Below, one piece after another: positions 26,564-32,000 of a DNA stretch of 32,000 nt. Below the pieces are notes generated by a model. It was given only the letters and a program-made list of their open reading frames with translations. It searched no databases and was not told where the DNA came from. Position 1 is the stretch's first letter. Each line of letters opens with the position of its first letter. A program made the position numbers and the translations under genes. This DNA comes from Pseudoalteromonas obscura (GTDB lineage: Bacteria > Pseudomonadota > Gammaproteobacteria > Enterobacterales > Alteromonadaceae), in contig NZ_JASJUT010000017.1 in assembly GCF_030135505.1 (NCBI RefSeq), forward strand, positions 11,658 to 43,657. Reading direction: 5' to 3'.

Positions 26564-27278
26564 AAAGGGTACAATTGTGATCAGCGGTGGAAGCCGAGGG
26601 TTGGGGTTCGAAATCGCGTCCCAATTTTTGCAGCAAGGATATACCGTTGCGACATTTTCAAGAGGCAGTACTGAGCATGTAACAGCACTTGCAGATGATC
26701 CACGCTTTTTTTGGAAGTCGGTTGATGGCAGTGACTATCAGGCTCTAACCGAATTTCTCAAAGAAGCTCAGCAGCGACTCGGCAATATTGTTGGCCTGGT
26801 CAACAATGCCGCCATTGGTGCGGATGGGGTGCTCAGCACAATGCGTACATCTGACATTGACCGGGCGTTGGATGTGAACCTCAAAGCACAGATCTATCTA
26901 TCAAAATTAGTTTCGAAGAAGCTCTTGCAAAACCGCGATGGGTTTATCATTAATATCTCTTCCATCATGGGCGTAAGAGGGTTACCTGGTGTTTCAATTT
27001 ACAGTGCCACAAAAGCGGCAATGGATGGCATGACCAGAAGCTTAGCGAAAGAGCTAGGCAGAAAAGGGATCCGTGTCAACTCTGTCTCTCCGGGCTATTT
27101 TGCCAGTGACATGGTGAAAGATCTGTCAGATGACATTTTAGGTAAAATTGAGCGCCGTACACCGCTAGGGCGCTTAGGTACACAGAGTGAGATTGCCAAG
27201 TTGGTGCTATTTTTAGCAACTGAGGGGCAATTTATCACCGGGCAAAACATCGTCATAGATGGAGGTTTTACATGTTAG
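26553..27278 (+). CDS. Short-chain dehydrogenase/reductase, 3-oxoacyl-ACP reductase-like (MupS-like)
   Basis: Motifs: Rossmann GGSRGLG, NNAAIG, catalytic ISSIMG and YSATKAA, PGYFASDM. The track's ATG at 26493 would overlap the ligase gene by 71 nt and add an atypical N-terminal extension. GTG 26553 (VENKKGTIVISGG), with AAGGA about 10 nt upstream, gives the usual spacing before the glycine motif. Confidence 0.88.
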   Translation: MENKKGTIVISGGSRGLGFEIASQFLQQGYTVATFSRGSTEHVTALADDPRFFWKSVDGSDYQALTEFLKEAQQRLGNIVGLVNNAAIGADGVLSTMRTSDIDRALDVNLKAQIYLSKLVSKKLLQNRDGFIINISSIMGVRGLPGVSIYSATKAAMDGMTRSLAKELGRKGIRVNSVSPGYFASDMVKDLSDDILGKIERRTPLGRLGTQSEIAKLVLFLATEGQFITGQNIVIDGGFTC

Positions 27279-27607
27279 ACACACAACAAGTTAAAAATGA
27301 GGTGTTGGATAGTATTATCCAAGAGGTGGCCACAATACTGTCTGAAAAGTCGCTGCCGATCACACAACTGGAAAGCGCTACAGCATTTTCTGAATTGTCA
27401 TTAACGTCTCTGGATTTGGCCGAACTGATCAGCAATCTAGAAGCGCGCTATGAAGTTGACCCATTCGAGGAATTGGTTGCCATCACCAGTGTCGTTACCA
27501 TAGATGATCTCGCTGCGGCTTATACGCTGGGCTTATCAGGTCAACCTGAGGGGACACATGACGCCCTCAGCGAAGAGCTAAAAGCCATAAAGAATCAAAC
27601 ACGGTAA
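27272..27607 (+). CDS. Discrete acyl carrier protein (mAcpD-like)
   Basis: 111-aa ORF with the motif LSLTSLDLAELI and helical ACP spacing. It overlaps the SDR stop by 7 nt. Confidence 0.8.
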   Translation: MLDTQQVKNEVLDSIIQEVATILSEKSLPITQLESATAFSELSLTSLDLAELISNLEARYEVDPFEELVAITSVVTIDDLAAAYTLGLSGQPEGTHDALSEELKAIKNQTR

Positions 27608-27740
27608 TCGAGCTAGACACTGACATATAAGATCATAGCGACACATTGGCTATATGCGCCATCATTTTGGTGCTCGCTATGGTATTTCAGCTGTTCATAT
27701 CTAGCGTGACTCAGAGATATAAACGTAGAAGTAAAAATAC

Positions 27741-29990
27741 ATGATGGCTACAGATGATATAGCAATTGTCGGGCTCGCTTGCCGATTTCCAGAGGCAAGT
27801 TCTCCGGCCCAGTTTTGGCAAAACTTAGCACAGGGACGGGAGTCCATAGCAAGATTATCCGACGCGCAATTACGCAACGCAGGTGTCAGCGACAGCGAAT
27901 TTGAGCAACCCAGTTACGTCAAAGCATATACCCCCCTTGCCGATATCGACAAGTTTGATGCGCGCTTTTTTGGGATCCCAGCAGCAGAAGCAAAGTTAAT
28001 GGACCCACAACAGCGGACCTTGCTTGAAATTATCTATCACGCTTTAGAAGATGGCGGCGCTTTGCAAACAGCGCAGCAGAGAGAAACTGGTGTCTATGCA
28101 ACTGGTGGCGGGATCACCCGTAGCTATCTTTATCAAGAAGCGACAAAGCACTTTAAGGGCAATAGTGATACCGGCAGCTTGTTACAATTACTCAACGATA
28201 AAGATTTTCTTGCGACACGGGTATCCTACAAATTAAATTTACAAGGCCCCAGTCTCTCCGTGCAAACAGCCTGCTCAAGCTCCATGGTTGCAGTTCACTT
28301 GGCAAGAAGCGCATTACTGAGCGGAGAAATCGATATCGGTATCGCCGCAGCCAGCTGTATCAGACTACCACAAGAACGGGGCTACAATGCCGCAGAAAGT
28401 ATGATCTACTCACCAACCGGTCGCTGTAGAACATTTTCAGACGACGCCGATGGCACCATTTTTGGCAGTGGCTCAGGCGCAGTGGTACTCAAACGTTATC
28501 AAGACGCACTGGCCGATGGCGATCATATTTATGCACTGCTCAAGTCAACCGCGGTCAATAATGATGGGGCTGGAAAGTTTGGGTTTACCGCTTCCAGTGT
28601 GCCAGGTCAAGCCAAGGCCATGGTTAAAGCTATCGCATTGGCGGGGATCAGTGCGGACCAGCTCAGCTATATTGAATGCCATGGCACTGCGACCAAAATA
28701 GGCGACCCACTGGAGATCCGCTCGCTCGAAAAAGCATTTTCACTGGATACCGATAAAAAACAATTTTGTCATATCGGTAGCGTCAAACCGAATATAGGTC
28801 ATTTAGAGCAGGCGGCTGGACTTGCCAGCCTCATCAAACTTGCGCTGATGATAAAACATCGTCGGCTTGTGCCCACTATTAATTTTCGCGCACCCAACCC
28901 GAAATTAAAATTGCCACAATCCCCCTTTAAAATGGCACTCGACTATGAAATGTGGGAACCCGAACAACAGCGGTGCTACGCCGGGCTGAACTGTTTGGGT
29001 GTGGGGGGCACCAATGTATTTGCCATTCTCAGCGATCTCCCCACCACCGACGCGACAGCATCCAATGACAACAACCTAGTTGAACCTGCACAAGATGTGT
29101 TGTGTCTGTCAGCCAAAACGAAAACACAGCTCGTCGAATATATCGAGTGTATCGCAAACGATGAACGGCCTTTGCCACTGTGTGCCCTCGCCTACAACAT
29201 CAATACCAGCCGTGCACATTTACCAATACGTAATACAGTGGTGATTGACCGGGATATGAGTATAGGACAGTGGCGCGAACAAGCCTTGACCAAGATCGCG
29301 GCGTCCAGCGAGCGGCGTGGAACGACATTTGATAAACCAATCCAGTATATATGTAACCCCACAGAATTCGTTCATGCCAGCCAAGTAGCTACACTGGCCG
29401 CTGACATGCGCTGCCAATGTTTTACAGATGCCTATCAACGCTGGATGGACAGTGCAGCGCTCACTCTCATAAGTGACTCCACGGCCCCCTTTACACAGCA
29501 CGTGGCGAAATTGTTGGCATTTGAACTGGCATTGTATGAGCAGTTAAAGCACTGGGGATTAAAGATGGCATCATTTCTTGGTGAGGGAATAGGTCGATAT
29601 GCGCAACTGTTGTTGGAAAATGTCCCCTCGCAACAGTGGCTCAGTACGCTGGAAAAAGAACTACATATACATCACGATAATTTAAACCACGCACAAACTC
29701 ATAGCTTTTCTCAGATGGGTGAAGTGGCCATTGAGCAAGATCTACACCTCGCAAGTGAAGGCCCGATAATTTATCGCAATCGTCCTTTACATAACCTCAC
29801 AGATGATGTGTATGTCTGTGCCAGCGAACAGTTTACTACCACCGAACTGTGGTCCCTGCTTGCCACGATTATCGACAAAGGCGCGCAAATTAACTGGCAA
29901 AACTACTATCCTCTCAAGGCTTTTGAAAAACATACTTTACCCAACTATCCATTTGAGAAGAAACGCTATTGGTTGGTTGATGAAGACTAA
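27741..29990 (+). CDS. Stand-alone type I ketosynthase with a C-terminal vestigial acyltransferase/linker region (MmpF-like)
   Basis: 749-aa ORF with a complete KS: VQTACSSS, IECHGTAT, PNIGHLEQAAG, LGVGGTNVF. The C-terminal third aligns by eye to the N-terminal half of an AT: LLAFELALYEQLKHWGLKMASFLGEGIGRYA matches the pattern LFA.E.AL..LW.SWG......GHS.GE..A. The GHS triplet is replaced by ASF. The protein ends with the post-AT linker LPNYPFEKKRYW. Confidence 0.9.
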   Translation: MMATDDIAIVGLACRFPEASSPAQFWQNLAQGRESIARLSDAQLRNAGVSDSEFEQPSYVKAYTPLADIDKFDARFFGIPAAEAKLMDPQQRTLLEIIYHALEDGGALQTAQQRETGVYATGGGITRSYLYQEATKHFKGNSDTGSLLQLLNDKDFLATRVSYKLNLQGPSLSVQTACSSSMVAVHLARSALLSGEIDIGIAAASCIRLPQERGYNAAESMIYSPTGRCRTFSDDADGTIFGSGSGAVVLKRYQDALADGDHIYALLKSTAVNNDGAGKFGFTASSVPGQAKAMVKAIALAGISADQLSYIECHGTATKIGDPLEIRSLEKAFSLDTDKKQFCHIGSVKPNIGHLEQAAGLASLIKLALMIKHRRLVPTINFRAPNPKLKLPQSPFKMALDYEMWEPEQQRCYAGLNCLGVGGTNVFAILSDLPTTDATASNDNNLVEPAQDVLCLSAKTKTQLVEYIECIANDERPLPLCALAYNINTSRAHLPIRNTVVIDRDMSIGQWREQALTKIAASSERRGTTFDKPIQYICNPTEFVHASQVATLAADMRCQCFTDAYQRWMDSAALTLISDSTAPFTQHVAKLLAFELALYEQLKHWGLKMASFLGEGIGRYAQLLLENVPSQQWLSTLEKELHIHHDNLNHAQTHSFSQMGEVAIEQDLHLASEGPIIYRNRPLHNLTDDVYVCASEQFTTTELWSLLATIIDKGAQINWQNYYPLKAFEKHTLPNYPFEKKRYWLVDED

Positions 29991-30037
29991 CGTTGTTACA
30001 CCTAGACTAACAAAAGATACAAGGAGCATGAAATAAC

Positions 30038-30310
30038 ATGAGTAACGCAGCAACAGCTAGAACATTGGTAATTAGCTTTATTGAAGAAATGAATCGTTCA
30101 TCACTACGTGGAGACGAGATCCAAAATGACTTTGAGCTAAAAGATAAACTTAATATCGATTCATTAAACAAGCTCATTTTACTGACCCGAGTCACAGAGC
30201 ACTTAGGTATTGAGTTTGGCACAGCCGATAAAACCATTAATGACTTCACCACAGTCAACGATCTGATCTCATTTGTTGAATCACACACCTCAGCACTAGA
30301 AGTGTCGTAA
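30038..30310 (+). CDS. Discrete acyl carrier protein (mAcpE-like)
   Basis: 90-aa ORF with the motif KLNIDSLNKLIL. AAGGAG lies 11 nt upstream of the ATG. Confidence 0.8.
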   Translation: MSNAATARTLVISFIEEMNRSSLRGDEIQNDFELKDKLNIDSLNKLILLTRVTEHLGIEFGTADKTINDFTTVNDLISFVESHTSALEVS

Positions 30311-30503
30311 CTTTTTCGACCTCACTTGACCAAGGCAGCTGGGATCACACGCTCTTCGTACGTTTCTGGTTTCTGGCTGCTGCCCAGACAAATCGCTGCA
30401 ATATATACGGATATATCAGATATCACCACGCATTGTGGTTTGATACATCGCCAAACGACACTGTGTAGACAAGCCTATTGTACGTGTAGCTACAAGGTAT
30501 TAG

Positions 30504-30893
30504 TCACCTTATCGCTCTCATCTGTGATCCCTGAGCCATATTGCCATATCTTAAACCTGCCTTTTTAACCATATGCGTCACTTTACCCCCTTTGATGGTA
30601 GCATACGCCGTCGTCGTTGATTTGACGACGTTTGTCTGTGGTCAGTTCAAGAAAACCAAGATACCTTTACCCTTAATATGGATCTCATTATCCTTAAAAC
30701 GCTCGCCAAACTAGGATTTCCAAAAGCACCATAGGCGCTTTCCTATTGTTGGCGCATACCGATGAACCCAATGATAAATAGTTGTGTGTTCAGCGCAGGC
30801 TCCCGCTCTCAAACATTGCTTCCAACTCGTGGTCACTGTATTCACATTAATCCCAATCAACTTAAAAATAGGAGCTAATTCACTCAATGGTAT
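30504..30893 (-). pseudogene. Decayed IS6-family (IS26-like) transposase relic
   Basis: My minus-strand translation reads ...LRAGACAEHTTIYHWVHRYAPTIGKRLWCFWKS*FGERFKDNEIHIKGKGILVFLN*PQTNVVKSTTTAYATIKGGKVTHMVKKAGLRYGNMAQGSQMRAIR*. This parallels Tnp26 segments as I recall them: VDHSTIYRWVQRYAPEMEKRLRWYW, DETYVKVNG.W.YLY, KTAYATIKGIEVMRALRKGQ and GEMRLVSR. There are in-frame stops at 30711-30713 and 30642-30644. Most of the DDE core is missing between the two halves. Confidence 0.65.
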
Positions 30894-31392
30894 TTCCTTA
30901 TTTCAGTTAGTGATGACTTAAAAAAGGGGGAATTATGACCCCTCGCGTGAGAACACAAAACAGTAAAGGAGAGAATGCGATTATTGGCTTCAAGGCGCCA
31001 GTTTCGGTCAGGTGAAATACCATTACACATCTTTGCTCAAAAAATGCTGTAGAGCAACAAGAGTTGAATAGGCCTACTTATTGAGTGCCGTCCATCCTTA
31101 AGGGGGAGGAGGGAAGCGCTTGTAGCTCCTCACGTAAACATAGATATGATGATAAAAAACCAAAGCAGATCTCTAAACGCAGAAAGACGAAGGTATACCC
31201 GAGAGCTTGAAGAGCAATTTGTTGCTCAAACTGTGCTGTAAATATTTTAATACCCACGGGCCGCTGAGATAATAATACGGTGTTCAAAGCGACGATATTT
31301 AAACTGGTTCATGTGGGGTATACACTAGAGGTTTAGCGCATTTCAAAAGAACCCAAATGCGGTCACAGTGAAAGAGAGCTTGCGTTTAATTC

Positions 31393-31449
31393 TTGGCGAA
31401 TTCAGTTTGAATAATTTGCTAATAAGTTGGCGAATTCAACTTGAATAAT
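31393..31449. repeat. Two 23-bp direct repeats 34 bp apart, each with a palindromic core. Candidate parS/centromere sites.
   Basis: R1 is TTGGCGAATTCAGTTTGAATAAT (31393-31415) and R2 is TTGGCGAATTCAACTTGAATAAT (31427-31449). They are identical at 21 of 23 positions. Each contains an inverted ATTCA/TGAAT pair next to TGGCGA. They lie just downstream of the ParB-like gene and its hairpin. Confidence 0.55.
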
Positions 31450-31469
31450 CTGGTTTTAACTTTAAAAGC

Positions 31470-31488
31470 AAGGAGTTAAAAACTCCTT
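31470..31488 (-). terminator. Candidate intrinsic terminator of the ParB-like gene
   Basis: AAGGAGTT (31470-31477) pairs with AACTCCTT (31481-31488), giving an 8-bp stem and a 3-nt loop. It sits 22 nt after the stop at 31511. On the minus strand it is followed by GCTTTTAAAG, a short T-run. Confidence 0.5.
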
Positions 31489-31510
31489 ACCTTGTTATAC
31501 AAGACGAATA

Positions 31511-32000
31511 TTAATCTCGATAATGCTGCGCTAAAATCGCTTGCACAGAAGATTCAATCTCTTTCAATACGTCTTTTTTGATCCTGCCAAACTCAAAGGA
31601 CACAGCTCGGTTTGACTCTTTTTTTCTCGCAAACATGTCTTTTGACTCAAAATGTCTCAGTGTAGAAGTCACCACAGGTGGTTTATTGGGACGTTCAGAG
31701 CTCAAACTTGCTTTAAGAGTTTGGCTGATAATTTCTTTATGCTCATGCACCTCGACACCATCAAGTTGTACGGCCAACAATTCCTGGATACGAATTATCT
31801 CATCATTCAAGGTATCCTGATATCTGCTCATCACTTTAAAGAGCAGATCATAATCGGCGATGGAGAGCTCTCCTGCAATAGGGTAGAGCTGGATCAGTCG
31901 AATATCCACACTGGCCGCTTTCAATGCTCGACAGATCTTTGCTTGACTGCAGTTGTGTAGTTTAGCCAAATCCGCTTGCTTCAGTGTGGGGTTGTGCTTT
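31511..32000 (-). CDS. parB: Plasmid partition protein ParB (type Ia, P1 ParB/SopB-like), C-terminal part. The gene continues past the right edge.
   Basis: The reading frame stays open to position 32000 (KHNPTLKQADLAKLHNCSQAKICRALKAASV...). The track's start is an internal TTG. There is a helix-turn-helix segment (LAKLHNCSQAKICRALKAA). The following LYPIAGELSIADYDLL resembles the P1 ParB LFSHPGELSARSGDAL region as I recall it. The C-terminal dimerisation-like tail is AVSFEFGRIKKDVLKEIESSVQAIL. Confidence 0.65.
   Translation of the reverse strand, partial: KHNPTLKQADLAKLHNCSQAKICRALKAASVDIRLIQLYPIAGELSIADYDLLFKVMSRYQDTLNDEIIRIQELLAVQLDGVEVHEHKEIISQTLKASLSSERPNKPPVVTSTLRHFESKDMFARKKESNRAVSFEFGRIKKDVLKEIESSVQAILAQHYRD

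Noticed and set aside
30326-30568. 80-aa plus-strand ORF after the last ACP gene.
   Set aside because: It has no motifs. Its 3' part is antisense to the IS6-like transposase relic, which explains the open frame.
30609-30630. Stem-loop CGTCGTC-N8-GACGACG followed by TTTGT, a possible plus-strand terminator for the ACP operon.
   Set aside because: It lies 300 nt past the ACP stop and inside the transposase relic, where it encodes part of the ...KSTTTAYA... segment. The stem is only 7 bp and the T-run is short. It cannot be distinguished from coincidence.
31078-31287. 69-aa minus-strand ORF, and a 31-aa plus-strand ORF (31146-31241, MMIKNQSRSLNAERRRYTRELEEQFVAQTVL) whose RRxYTxE.. stretch resembles the start of IS3-family OrfA proteins.
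   Set aside because: Both are too short and too weakly patterned to call. The 69-aa ORF is hydrophobic noise. The IS3-like resemblance rests on about 12 residues. At most this is further mobile-element debris.
1-32000. Search by eye for tRNA/rRNA genes, CRISPR-type regularly spaced repeats, and integrase/att sites.
   Set aside because: I saw no cloverleaf-like or rRNA-like segment. The only regularly spaced repeats are the two parS-like units and the protein-level ACP triplet. No integrase-like ORF is present.

Overview
The window is dominated by an AT-less (trans-AT) polyketide synthase cluster of the mupirocin/thiomarinol (pseudomonic acid) class. A roughly 570-bp AT-rich intergenic region separates two divergent gene sets.

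Minus strand, about 20.96 kb down to position 1, in transcription order:
- luciferase-like monooxygenase
- 3020-aa PKS with architecture KS0-ACP-KS-KR-(dead ACP)-ACP-KS-ACP-ACP-ACP
- a complete beta-branching (HMG-CoA-synthase) cassette: free ACP, Cys-to-Ser KS, HMGS and ECH1
- an unusual ECH2-KS0-ACP-flavin monooxygenase fusion
- alpha/beta hydrolase
- the start of another PKS (KS then DH), which runs off the left edge and is missing from the ORF track

Plus strand:
- a eukaryote-like (type 2) isoleucyl-tRNA synthetase, the hallmark self-resistance gene of this antibiotic class
- an AMP-ligase, SDR, ACP, KS with a vestigial AT, and a second ACP

No module in the window carries an intact acyltransferase or thioesterase, so those functions must be encoded elsewhere.

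The cluster ends near 30.3 kb. Beyond it lie a decayed IS6-family transposase relic, two P1-parS-like repeats, a hairpin terminator, and the 3' part of a type Ia ParB-like gene that runs off the right edge. This suggests the cluster is plasmid-borne.

The DNA looks AT-richer than a Pseudomonas mup cluster. The triple C-terminal ACP resembles what I recall for the Pseudoalteromonas thiomarinol plasmid, but this cannot be confirmed without a database search. I found no tRNA, rRNA or CRISPR array.
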